Shown here: piece by piece, positions 39,300 through 52,261 of the stretch
Position numbering within the stretch: position 1 is the stretch's first letter
Layout: every line of letters starts with the position of its first letter
NCBI RefSeq assembly: GCF_025526975.1
Contig: NW_026515672.1
Span: 62,001 to 126,000 of the forward strand
DNA from: Fimicolochytrium jonesii
Taxonomy: Eukaryota
DNA length: 64,000 bases
Reading direction: 5' to 3'
Translations under genes and position numbers: made by a program
The notes under the pieces: model-generated
The model's database searches: none
Seen by the model: the letters and a program-made list of their open reading frames with translations, nothing else
Told to the model about the DNA's origin: nothing

Positions 39300-39325
39300 T
39301 TAGGGCTGGGTTAGGGTTAGGGTTA
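39300..39325 (+). repeat. Short interstitial telomere-like TTAGGG tract
   Basis: TTAGGGCTGGGTTAGGGTTAGGGTTA. Confidence 0.6.
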
Positions 39326-39864
39326 CATAGGGGACTGCCGTAGGGTACTATTGTGGAGTTTCCTGAACCCTAGGGACTTCGAAATATTCGAGTTTGTTGG
39401 TTTTGGGTGTGTTCTACAGGTTAAAATTTCAACCCCAAGGGGTTTGGTGGTGTGGGGGTGTCGCATGCGGGCGAGTGGGGGCGTACTCGTCCCCATGGTC
39501 GCACGTTGCCAGCTCCCTGAGGCTGCCAAAGGCGTTTTGGTAAGCGGGATCGGTGGGTCCGGTTGGAAATCAGGTGTTAAGGCTGCCAGTCTCTCAGAAT
39601 ACAAGACGAAAGACTTCCGGTGAAGCTTCGAATTGCCACCGTAAGGTCCAGGTGCTTTGAGTGGAGGTCTTTACATTGAGTACCACGACAAAATTGGTAA
39701 TCTTTCTACAGCGAAGCTAGATATCATATGTACAAAAGCCCTCACGCCCAACGAGCTGTCGGCACCGCGGCTGTCCGCCTCGAAGTGTACATGTGGCATT
39801 AGATGGACCCGCCGGCGCCTTTTTCATCAGATGAAGCCTTTCCCTACCCCGTCAAATCTCCCCA

Positions 39865-40519
39865 TCAAGCAACCAACTCCAATGGCCCTTCCAAATGATC
39901 TTGTAATGCTTTCGTCTGCCCAACAACACGCAATGTAAGCGAATTTGACTCAAGTGGACTAACCCACGCATCACCCACATCAGACCGCACAGACCTTAGC
40001 ATTCAACAAGCCCCACTCAACATTCTCCTCGGCCACCAAGCACAGCAGCATCCGACTGATTTTCGAAAGCGCCAGTTTCCCATGCTACGGAAATCACCCC
40101 AAATCATCAATCCCAAATCCCATCCTCACAACCTCTCCTCCCCCCGTCACAGTGGCTGGCCCATACCTCGCACTCCAACACCAAACTCCTCATCCCCTCC
40201 CCTTGCCTCTGCGGCGGTTGCGCATGCGCGTTGTCCCCCCCAACGCGAGCCCCCCCGCTCGCAGGCTTCCCGTTGCGCTCGTACGCGAACCAGACATTGG
40301 AGGCGACGGCGGCGATGACTTTCGCTTCTTTTTCGGGCGCGCCGGCGAAGGAGATTAGCGAGCCGTCTTGTTGGAGGAGACTGTGGGGGGAGGGGAGATG
40401 AGATGGGGGGATGACGATGGGATGGGGGGGGCAGGTGGAGGTGTGACTTACAGGGCTGCCCGCACATCGTCGGTCGCTGCTTGCGCGAGGACTTGTGCTA
40501 TTGCTTTTGCTTTTAGCAT
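39865..40519 (-). CDS. LAMTOR2: Ragulator subunit LAMTOR2 (Roadblock fold), four exons
   Basis: Spliced MLKAKAIAQVLAQA...LLQQDGSLISFAG...VIAAVASNVWFAYERNG...LLCLVA...GLLNAKTKALQDHLEGPL. Not recovered by the ORF track. Confidence 0.88.
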
Positions 40520-40859
40520 CCCGAATGGGAGGGAGGTCGGGGGCTACGGTGACGGGAGCGCCGTGTCTTCACTCTGGGAGTCTGAGAGAAAGCCCGTGTC
40601 TGCACGTCAGGATTCCCGAACGACTCTGCGTGTGCCATTCGGGGCGCCGCCGGCCTTTTCACGCCCCATACGTCACCACTTGCGAAAAGTCTAAGCCGCG
40701 TCGTGGGAACTTCGAACTTTCAGAGGTGATCTCCAAATTTCAAAAACCCAACAGATATAAGGCCGCTTCATCCACTCTAGGCCCCCATTGAGCTGACATC
40801 GTGCTGTACATTGTATAGTCGTGATTGTATAGGCGGCCCATAGGCCAGGCTTCGACATC

Positions 40860-43800
40860 ATGTTCGAAAAGTTCATCGCGCCCGTTATTAACAAGGTATA
40901 TATGCCAACCCTAGCCGTCTGCGTCTTCCAATAACAGTCATTCTGACAAAGTATATGAAGATCCTAGGTGAATATGTGGGAAACCTGGAGAGCAAGCAAC
41001 TCAGTATCGGCATCTGGCAAGGTATGGACTATCTCTTTGTCGCGGGCCGCGTCGCTAAACTCACTCGAAAGGTTCTTTTCAGGGGATGTCGCCCTGCACA
41101 ACTTGAAGTTGAGGAAAGAAGCTTTGGACAAGTTCAACTTGCCTATTCAAGTGGAAGAAGGTGCTTTGTCATTTCTGCCAAGCAGCTACTCCGGGGCTCT
41201 AGTTCTAATCAATGGGAATGCATGCGCGGTTGTAGGATATCTCGGCGACCTGACCCTCAGCATACCATGGAACGATCTGAAGAACAAACCGGTGAAGATC
41301 TTCATCAACCATGTCTATTTGCTCGCCAAGCCGAAAGCAGGTGCAGACTACGACCCGGTCGAGGAGGAGGAGAGGCTGCAGAAGGCGAAGCTTGAGAAGC
41401 TGGAGACGGCTGACATGTTGCTCAATCGCGCGAAGGAACCCCATCTGGAGAACTCGGCGAATGATTCTGGATTCGTCACGCAGCTGGTGACGAAGATTGT
41501 GGATAATGTGCAGATTACCATGAAGAACATCCATATCCGCTATGAGGATGCCACCAGCTACCCGCAGCAACCTTTCTCAGTTGGTGTGACATTAGAGGAG
41601 TTGTCGGCCGTGTCTTGCGATGGCAACTGGAATGAAGCGTTCATTCATGATCAGGCGGAGGTCATTCGCAAGCTCTGCAAACTCAGGAGTCTTGCTATCT
41701 ACTTCAACACGCAGCCCGAGTCATTCTCCGGCAAACCGCATGAAGAGTTTATGAAGCTGTTCCGAGACTCGATCGCAACGGCCGACAATGCACCATCGTC
41801 CTACCAATACGTTCTGAAGCCGATATCTGGAAACGCCAAGATAAAGACGCATAAACATCAGCCAGCTGATGACGCGCGCCATACGGCGTTCCCGGAATTC
41901 GAGGATCTGGCCTTTGTCATCGACAGGGATCAATACACAAGCTCGATATCCTTGCTCGGCGCGTTCTCGTCGTACCTCAATTCGCAGAAGTATCGGAAGT
42001 TCCGACCTCCACGCACAATCACTCCAGCTTTGGATCCAATCGCGTGGTTCAAGTTTGCAGGCACAAGCGTACTATCTGACATACAGGAGAGAAACAGACG
42101 GTGGACTTGGGCGTACATGTCTGAGCGACGGGATGATCGCCGACAGTATATCAAGCTGTATAGCAAGCAGAAAGAAGGGCCGCTTACTCCTGAAGAGCTC
42201 TCTATATTGCAAGAGCTCGAGAGGAAGCTTTCATTTGATGACATCATGCTGTTCCGGTCCATGGCGTTGACCGAGATGCGAAAGTCACCCACCTTCCACA
42301 AGCCAGCGCCACCAAAGGAGCAGCTCAAGACATCGACATGGGGCGGAACTTTGAGCAATTGGTGGGCAGGAAAGGCGAAGGAAGAGTCGTCTGACAACGC
42401 GTACTTGACAGACGATCAGATGAAGCAACTGTACGACACTATCGAGTTTGACCCGAAGGTGTCGAAACCTGCCGTGGAACTCCCGAAAGACGCCGCTATC
42501 CTGAAAATCGAGTCGTCCCTGAAGAGTGGTTCACTTACGCTGAAAAGCTCCCGGGCTGCGAAAGCACCGCTGATATTGCTGCTGTTTGAGGACTTCAATG
42601 CGGGCGTGACGCAGTACCCGTCAGCTATCTCTGGGACAATCACACTGGCAAACATGAAGTTGGAGGATGGGTCTACGGTCAACACTCTATATCCGACTCT
42701 GATTCGGGCGAAGAAGGATACACATCACTTGACACAGACGTCCGAGACACCGTTCTTCAGCATGGGCTTTGAGCACAATCCGCTGGACGGTCGAGCAGAT
42801 GATGCAGTCTCAATCGTGATGCTGCCCCTCGAGGTCATTTACAACCCGACGGCTATCAAGTCCATTGTGACGTTCTTCACACCACCCGTCTCAGAATCGG
42901 CCACCGTGTATACGATCCAGGCTGCAGCACAAGAGACTTTCGAAGGGTTGACGCAACAGACGAAGGCGGGAGTGGAGCACGCAGTTACCGAGCACAGGAC
43001 GTTGGACCTGAAGGTGGACTTTGCCGCACCTATCTTCGTGTTCCCTCAGAGCTGCACGGATCGGGACTGCATGGTTATGTTGGTCGACGCCGGTCACTTC
43101 CTGGTTGAGAGCAATTATATCAACAAGGAACAGAAGAAGGAGTTACAGCAGAAGCATGGGGCGCTACGCTCGGCTGAAGATTTGGGAGAACTCCAGACGC
43201 TGTTATATGACCGGTTCACGTGTCAGCTGTCGTCCGTGCAGGTAAGGAAAGCATAAAACTGTGGCTCGCGGGGTTACGAGGCTAAGATTCAATCTGTTGT
43301 GCAGGTTCTTGTCGGCCCTTCTATGGAAGCATGCATGCAACAGATCGCCAAAGACACAGAGGAGGGACACCTTCACATGGTCGAGCGCGTGAATCTCAGC
43401 ATCAGCCTCGAACTTTGCATTTTGCCGAAATTGGTGGATCTGCCCGGGATGAGGGTCACAGGAAACGTCCCGAGGCTCCATCTGAACGTTTCCGATCGGA
43501 AGTACAAAACGATGATGAGCATCATTGACCTCGTTCTGGCGAATATGCCTGGAAACAAAAGCGACGCCGCAACGGAAGCAGTGGGGCCTGTAGATCAGGC
43601 GCAGCCTCATTGGTTGACGCCACAGGATAGGGGGACCTCCTACCACTTTCTGGATGCGGAAGACGAGGGCGAATCCTTCTACGACGCTCCAGAACAGCTC
43701 GTCCGAGACACCAGATCTGAAATGACGGACGATTCCATCAACCGTGTAGCGATGGAAGTGAAGTTCGAAGTCAGCCAGGTCTCTATTTCGGTCACGAAGT

Positions 43801-46800
43801 CGGACGCGAACGCTCAGGTCCCGGATCGCGTCCTGGCGGCGCTGAGCGTTGAGGGCTTTGGCATCAACGTTCGCAATACGACGCATGATATGGCGGTCAA
43901 GATCCGCATTCGCGCGGTGCAGGTGGAGGATCTGATGATGCAGGATCCCGAGTCGCAGTTCCACTATCTGTTCGCACCAACACCGGAGAAAGACACAGCA
44001 TCCGTCTCTAGCGAGAAGTCTTCGGTCGATCAGTTGATTCGAGTCAACTACCTCAGCGTGAAGCCAAGTTCGCCGGACTACAACGGCATCGACCAGTCCG
44101 TGGACATTTCGTTCGCAGCCGTCACATTGGTCTTGACTAGCAGCAGTGTTTTGACACTCTACGACTTCATCCTTGCAACCTTCACCAACCAAGCTGCTTC
44201 TGCCAACCAGTCCCGACTGGACCTGAGTGCTGAGAGCGAGGATGAGGATGCAGCCCAGGTCGCCGCGCCATCTGCCAACAAGGGCTCGCACATGGTGGTC
44301 CATGTGGTTATGAAGAGTATCGGCGTGGTAATCAATCAGGACGGCACTCACATCGCGACAATGGATTTCGGTGAACTGGAAACCAACGTCGATCTCATGC
44401 CTACTACCATGAAAATTACGGGAAGCATTGGCGATCTTGCAGTCCGTGATGAGATCCCGAGGGTGGAGAGCAGACACTTTGACCAACTGTTGCAGATTGA
44501 AGGCGAGGAAGTTGCCCATTTCACCTGGGAGACGTTTGACTCTTCATCCGCGCAGTACCCCGGCTACGACACCGCTCTGGTATTTCGAGCGTCTTCCTTC
44601 AAGCTGACGTACCTGGAAGCTCTCCTGCTGGAGCTCATCCGGTTCTTCAGCCAGTTTGCAAAGATGCACATGTTGTTGGAGACTGCACGCCGAGCCGCGA
44701 TCGAGTCCGCCCAGCAGATTCAGAAAGCGGCTGGGAAGTTCCACTACGATATCGAAATCGAGTCACCCGCTATCGTGTTCCCGCGCCTGAGCTTGCAATC
44801 TGTTGATACGATGACGCTGTATCCAGGAGGGGTGTCGGCCAGCAACCGCTTCCAGCAATCCGGTCCGGATGAGGTCTCGGATAAGATGACCGCCTCTATC
44901 CGCGCGATGAAGATTGTGACATACCTTGGTGATGAGTCGCACGTAAAAGAACGTCAGATGTTGGATGATGTTAATATTAGCGTCAGTGTGGACACGTTGT
45001 CGAAGGAGGAGGCATCGTCGGATATGACGGTATGTACACTGCATCGTGTGGTCTCCGATTGACATTCAGCAACTGACTATCCGTCCCCTACGTCTTCTAC
45101 AGGTACATGTAGAGGTTTCCGACGTCCATATGATATTGACTCCCGGGCAATTCGAATTCCTTCTCACACTTGCTGACTCGCTCGCGACGTTCAATGCGGG
45201 ACTCACCCCGGAATCGTCGATAGCTGAGATGGACGACGATGACAACCAATCTGAGCACAAAGCCGAGAGCGTCGCTTCGACGGCCTCGTCGCGTAAAGTG
45301 GATGTCAGCGTCTCCTCCATCTGTCTGGACATTCTTAGTGCGCACACGTTTCAGATTGGATCTGAAGATCAGAAATCGCTCTTGGATCAGTCGTCAACGG
45401 CGAAGTTGGGCCCTTTGGCAACTTTCGCGGCACATGGCGTTGGAGTTGTCATGGTTACGTCTTCGGATGGCTCCTCGGAAACCGACGTCTTGGTCCAATC
45501 ATTCGCGATCTTGGACGCCAGGGAGTCGGCAAAGAATCTGTTCAAGGAGATTATGCCCCTCGCCGGCCGTGACAAGAAGCATCAGCTCAAGATCCAGATG
45601 TCGACCTTCAACAAGACGACAACTACCATTGCTAGCTTGAGCGGCGCCACGTTGGTGTTGATACCAGACCATGTGTTCCTTGTCAGAGACTTCTTCACCG
45701 GGCCTATGACGCGACACGCGCAAACAAACGCCACTCGGTCCGCACACCAAGCGGCTGCGCCGAAAAACGCATCAGATGAGAAGATAGATCAACTGAACTC
45801 TTACCGCATGGAGCTACTCGACGTGGAGATCATTCTCCTGCAGAATGCTACAGCCAGCGCCACCGAGGCAATCGTCCTCAGCTCAAAGAACCTGTCTATT
45901 CAGCAGGATAAGGTCACAACGGTCACGATTGAGGACATGGGAATGTTCCTGTGCCAGATGGATAAACGGGAGGACACTTCGGTACCTTTCATTCAGAACT
46001 TCCAGCTGAAGCTTTCGTTGGACAGTCCGAAGCCCAACTCCACGAAGATCATTCTCGACATCTCTCCCATCATTTGGAGAGTCTCCTACCGCGATGGGCT
46101 CTTGATCATGGATATTGTCAACAACATCCACAATCTCTGGCTTGCCTCCAATAGTGCCGCCGACGTTGCCACTGAAAACAAGGGCCTGACCGCGTCCGCT
46201 TCCCTGTCGTCGTTCCAAGCGCCTGTAATGGATCAGGAGAGAATTCGAGCTACGATACAGGCATTCAGGCTGATTCTCATTGACGACTTGAATGACCTGC
46301 ATTTGCCGATGCTGGATTTGATGATGGATAAGCTGGTGGTTGATGCGGCTGACTGGTCCACTTCGTTGCGACTGGAGGCTGCACCGTCACTGCACTGCAA
46401 CTACTTCAACATTACCAACTCGCATTGGGAGCCGCTCATAGAACAGTGGCAATTCTTCGTAACGGTGGCGAAACGACCCAACAATGGCACATTCTCTCTG
46501 GACCTCTTTGCTCGCAAGAAGCTTGAGATCAACATTACCCACGCGTTTGTCAGGACTATTCTTCAGACGCAACATCTGTGGAGCAAACAAGATCAGCGTG
46601 TTGCCGCTCGGAGAGGTGCACATGCGCCGTACGTCCTTCGCAACAAGACCGGATACGACATGTATGTGTGGACGGATTCGAATGATGCTGACAGCGGTCT
46701 GGATACGGAGCTGAAGATGCTTCCGAACGGGGAAGACATCCCATGGCGGTTCGAGGACTGGAGGACTATGCGTGAAGGCACTTCTCCGGTCTCGCACCGG

Positions 46801-49800
46801 GTGTCGATGCAGCTCAACGGTCCATCCTGGGAGACCCTCAAGGGGATTTCCATCGATAGCGAAGGCGTGAAAGCCCATATTCTGCGGCCGCCCATCAACC
46901 GCGTCAGCTACAGGCTGGTGTGCGACGTCAAGCTGAAAGACAACGTGAAGGTGGTGACCTTCCATTCTACTGTCGGCTTCCAGAACAACACGACTGTCCC
47001 ATTAGAGGTCGTCGTCGTCAACCAACGGAAGCAACGCGTACCGGGGCACACAGCACTGGATCCTGGACAGGACTACTTCCTTCCGATCGAGTCATCTTAC
47101 AACGACCTTGTTCAGATACGTCCCGCAGAAGGGTTCGGCTACGATTGGTGCAGTGAACTGCTCAACTGGAGGGATTTGCAGAAGAAAGAGGCGTCGCTGG
47201 TGACCTGCCGATCGATGGACCCAAGCGCCCCTGCTTTCCGGTTCCAAGTGGGTCGGAAGCAGAATGACCCGAAGGCGACATCCTCGCCGATGATGATGAT
47301 CCAGATCATCGCGCCGCTCCAAATCGAAAATGGTTTGCCATACGACATCCGTTACAAGCTGTTTGACAGGACAGATCGCAACACTCGTCAGCAGTTCACA
47401 GAAGTTTTGAAGAAAGGGGAGTGTCATCCGGTTTACACTGTGAACCCAACGCATCTGATTGCCTTGAGCGGCGAGATTGTGGACTCGAACTACTCCGCCA
47501 GCGAACCCGCTATCATCACGAATTCGGACCTCGATTACCGTGACGAGTCGCTCCGGTTCACTGACAAGGAAGGTCAGCAACTGCAACTTCGCTTGAAGTA
47601 TCACGACAAATCCGATGGCGGTGGCCCAAGGATCAGTATTCTCAGTCCCTATGTCGTTCTGAACAAAACCGGAATGGACGTTGTCATAAGTACTCGGTCG
47701 TTGATGGGAGTGTCGCGGTACTCGTGCCCTGCCGCAATCAACGACTCCCTTCGTCCTCTCTTGTTCTCGTTCCCGAACTTTGAACCTCTCAAGTCTCGTG
47801 TGCAGGTGAAAGTCCCGGGCTCCGAATGGAGTAGACCCATCAGTTTCGATGCTGTTGGGAGCAGTTTTGACGTCGCTATTCAGAATGGCAAGAGCGGTAC
47901 CGTTTCCCACATCGGTGTGTCGGTGTCGGAGGGAGAGGGGAAGTTCTACATGACCAAGGTCATCACACTGGCGCCACGGTTCATCTTCAGGAACAACATG
48001 ACCGAAGACATCCAGTTCCGACAAAACGGCGCCACGGAAACGTTCACGCTGAAGTCCACGGAGTCTATGCCATTCCATACGTTGAAGCTCAACGACTCCG
48101 CTCCCAACGACTTCTGCATTCGGCTCTCGGGGTTGATGAACGAATGGTCAAGACCCTTCGACGTGAATCAAGTAGGAAGGGTGTACATCAAACTTGGACG
48201 TCTCAGTTCTGCCGAACAAGATCTGATCCGAGCGGAAGTACTGATCAAAGACGCTACCATCTTCATTGTGTTCACCGGAAAAGAGACCCGGTGGCCTTTC
48301 AAGATCAACAACAAGACTGATATCGACATCGACATCTGGCAGCAGGGATCGAGTCTCCGGTTCAAGATCCCCAAGGGCGAGTCGAGGCCTTATGCATGGG
48401 ATTACCCATCAGCACCGAGAAAGGGGCTCGTTTTGAATGCACAGGGAAGAGAACGTGAGATAGATGTTCTGGAGATTGGACAGCTGGTGCCTTTCAAGTA
48501 TCCTACGGGCATCATGTCGATACATGTCTTTGCTGAGGGTCCTACGATATGTGTCGATCTGGCTACATATTCCGAGGCGACTAGCGCTTTCAAGAACACG
48601 GGTGAAGTTGCCCGGAAATCGTCTGATCAGGACGCCGAAAACGGACCTTTCCGGATGAAAACGAAGAAAACGCAGCTCCTCATGGCGATACAAGTCCAGC
48701 TTGAAGGCATTGGGATTTCGTTGCTGAATTCCGCAATGCAGGAGCTTGTTTACCTGTCTGCAAGGCAAATGACCTTCATCTATACGGACACCAGCACGAA
48801 CAACGCTGTAACCTTCAGTATCAAGTGGCTTCAGATCGACAACCAGCTGTATGGCGGACTGGAACCCATCTTTGTGTATCCCAGTGTTATTCCGAAGGAA
48901 GGCGAGGGAGAAGAAGATAGGCCAGTTTTACTGGTGACTGTCTCTCGGTCCAAAGATCAATGTGAGTGGGCATTTGCCTCGACACTCGATGACTTTGTAC
49001 TAATTTAGCTCTCGCCTATCAGCTTACGGAGTGGACTACTATGATTGGTTTACGATCCTGCTCCAGGAGCTTTCCGTGGATATGGATGAGGAGTTTTTGA
49101 TGGCACTCTTAGACTTCTCAAAATTCAACATACCTGGATGGAACGAAGAAAAGAAGAGGTTTGCCAAAATCTGAAGCATCCAGTCAGCGGGTGGTACTGA
49201 GAACTTTTTTCGTGTAGTGAACTCATCGACGCCAGTGTTGCCATCGAACAGCCCCCAATCACTCAGGAGGAGCATAAGATGTACTTCGAGAAGTTCCTGC
49301 TTCAGCCTATTCAAATCAACGTGTCCTTTGTGAGAACACAGAACGCCAATATGGAAGAAGCAAGGCGCGACCGGACGGGAGTCCTCTCTTTCGTTGTCGA
49401 CGTGTTGACTATGACGCTGGGCAACATCCACGATGCTCCGATCCGTCTGAAGGCGTTAGAGTTGAGACACCCGAACGTCACCCCGAATCAATTAGCGGAT
49501 CTCATCTTCAAATTCTACACCCAAGAGTTGGTTGGCCAGGTAAGGTTGCTTCTTCTTGCTAACTTCCCTCAGATGGGCCCCCCCTAATCGCCACATAGGT
49601 TCACAAAGTGATCGGGTCAGCCGATTTCCTCGGGAATCCCGTCGGTCTCTTCAACAACGTCAGTTCTGGAGTAAGCGATTTGTTCTATGAACCTCTCCAA
49701 GGATTCGACATTACGCGACCGCAGGACTTTGGAATCGGTGTTGCCAAGGTTTGTCGCAACTTCCTGTACATCCGCATCTTCAATTGCACAGTTTCACCAA

Positions 49801-51181
49801 TGAAAATGACAGGGCGCCTCGAGTCTTTTCCGGAAAACGGTGTTTGGGGCGTCAGACACTTTCTCGAAGTTCACGGGCAGTGTGGGCAAAGGTTAGTTGT
49901 TTCACAGTGAGGTTTCTCTCCGGCATGGCACACATTGACTTACTACGCGTGGTTCAGGTCTGTCCGTCATCACGATGGACTCGGAATTCCAGGAAAGGAG
50001 GCGGCTTACCAGCATCAGGTACATTTTTGCTGTGGTCCTGTTCTCATGGCCCAGTTCTCACACTGTCTCAGGAATCGCCCACGGCATGCGGTGTACGGAG
50101 TGACAACTGGCGCTACGTCACTAGCGAGAAGTGTGGCGAGCGGCATTACAGGTCTTGTGGTACGTCCCAAGAGGCAGCTGCGTCGGCGTTATACGCGCAA
50201 ACCTAATTGCATTACTTGTGTAGTCGAAGCCTATCGAGGGAGCAGATGCTGAAGGCGTTGGCGGGTTCTTCAAGGGCATTGGGAAGGGCATAGTCGGGTA
50301 AGTGTTAGCGTAGCCGTTTCCGCTGTTCGTTGCTAATCATAGCCTTGCACAGAGTGGTCACGAAGCCTGTTGTTGGAGTGTTCGACTTGGCTACAAATGT
50401 TGGCGAGGGTAAGAATGGTGTAATCCACCGCACGGCATCTCCTTAGGCGTCCGCTAATGTGGGAGTTCCAGGTATTCGTAATACGACAACGGTCTTTGAC
50501 GCCGATCTGGATCGTACGCGGTTACCTCGATTTATTGGAAAAGACAGGGTCCTGGTGGTAAGACCGGTGTATGGGTTCCGAGTACCCAATATCAATTGGC
50601 TGACTGAGTCTGTGGCAGCCTTACAATCCGAGGGACGCTTTGGGTCTCAATTGGCTTAAGGGACTCGAAAATGGAAGGTTCTTCCATGAAGACTACATTG
50701 CACATCTGGGTACGACAGACGGTCATTTGCAACTTCCGTAACGTGCATAAACTTACACTACCTTCGAATAGAACTGCGGATAGAAGATCTGGTTGCCATT
50801 GTGACTGATCAGAGGATCGTCATGGCCCGCATCAAGCGACTGAAGATGGATTGGGACATTGGCTACGATGGTATGTCACAATTCGACGCGATTCGGTACG
50901 CACGCACTTTCTAATCCTCTCTTTCATGTCGTTACATAGAGGTTCAAAATGTGCGGGCGGAAGGCAACAGCGTCAACATTTTGCGGAAAGGACGATTGGA
51001 GTCCCGATTAAGGGTCATCCCGTGCCCTGATGTCGCTAGTGCGCAGGTGAGTCTCGCAGGTCCCCCTCAGGCATGACCAATGATTGTTTCTCTGAAAGGT
51101 CTTTCGGTTTCTCAGTGGTTGAGCGGCAAGATCGAGGGTGCCTTTGCGGCATACATCGACCAATTCCGCGGAATAGAATGA
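40860..51181 (+). CDS. VPS13: Vacuolar protein sorting 13 lipid-transfer protein (multi-exon)
   Basis: Chorein N-terminus (MFE..LGEYV..LSIGIWQGDV.L.NL..LTLSIPW), SHWEPLIE, VAB repeats, LQIDNQL, IGSADFLGNPVGL, ATG2-like C-terminal helices. Confidence 0.96.
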
Positions 51182-51312
51182 TTCGATATGTCACAAGGGT
51201 ACCTCTGTACATAGCAGCAACTCTGTACTGTATCTCATAGGTTTATAGTCCGTACTAGAAGAGCTTTAGGTCTAATGAAAATATATCCTCTGGTTCGCAA
51301 GGCTGAGTCCAT

Positions 51313-51555
51313 TTGTGGGGAAACGAGCATCTGGCTTCTCCATACCACGATACCCCGGTCTATCGCTGTCCGGAGCCCATCTCTGCAGGGAACAGGACCG
51401 TTTTCAAGACACTCAGTGGGCTCAGTCAGCATATCGAGACGGAGGTCTGCGGCGGTCGGGATACCTTTGCAGAACTCTTGACTTACGTCACAGAGAGGCT
51501 AAGGGCTGTCAACATTCAGATAGGCTTGTTAGTGTGTAGCAATGTAGCAATGTAG
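51313..51555 (+). pseudogene. Zinc-finger-like gene fragment
   Basis: YRCP...FKTLSGLSQHIETEVCG resembles the end of fungal C2H2/C2HC proteins; no clear start. Confidence 0.35.
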
Positions 51556-51593
51556 CAATATAGTATGTCGTCCCTTTGCAATTGTGCGTCTAA

Positions 51594-52046
51594 CTAAGGG
51601 GGAAAGTCCGGGTGCACACAGGTCTTGGGACGACCTCCCCAGGTGATGTTGGAATCTGCATAGTCCAGTAGCCCAAAGCTGTCCCCTGTGCCTCCTTGTG
51701 CTCGATGCTTAGCATTGAGGCGGTCCACCATAGCAGCTTCAAATCTCCAAATCTTGAACCGGTGCGCCTCCTCCTCCGCAGAGGGATAGACCTTATTGAA
51801 GCGAACTTTCCATTCCAGCCATCGTTGCCGTAGCGCTGGATCCTGATTTGACATGGTTGGTTAGCGAGAAAGGGTGCAATCTACTCTAGCCCACTTGAGA
51901 CTATACAAAGGAGCACTTACGTCTGGAGGTGCCTGGAGACGGAAGACGATCTCTCTATCCAAAATCTCTGTCAGCCGGGATGCTTCGCAGACTTCATTCA
52001 GCTCAGCATCTGAGAGGGTCTTTAGAAAGCTTTTAATCTTTTCCAT
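51594..52046 (-). CDS. Stand-alone cathepsin propeptide inhibitor (I29) domain protein, two exons
   Basis: WLEWKVRFNKVY..EEEAHRFKIW......N......FGL..YAD (ERFNIN/GNFD-like). Intron 51843-51920 (GTAAGT..CTAAC..CAG) fuses it in frame to ATG 52046. Confidence 0.75.
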
Positions 52047-52139
52047 TGACGATTGTTGAACTTGAGTCCGATACAAAAGAATCGCTCACAAATAGTCAAA
52101 ACTAACAAAGTAGAATCACGCGGGGGAGAAAAGGGACTT

Positions 52140-52261
52140 TGACTAGCTGAGCAGAGAGTGAGCAGACATCCTAAGGAGCTGTATCAACCCCATGATAACG
52201 AGAGTCTTGGGATGACGGAGCTCGTCCTCGTTCCAGTCGCAGAGCGCCACGTCGGAGAGGA
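52140..52261 (-). ncRNA. Candidate Fanzor omegaRNA scaffold region (ends uncertain)
   Basis: Directly 3' of the Fanzor2 stop; imperfect hairpin GAGCT-TCATCCCA...TGGGGTTGA-AGCTC at 52176-52223. Confidence 0.4.

Noticed and set aside
43203..44519. 438-aa antisense ORF (and 47092-48078)
   Set aside because: Shadow ORFs of VPS13 codon bias with no recognisable motifs.
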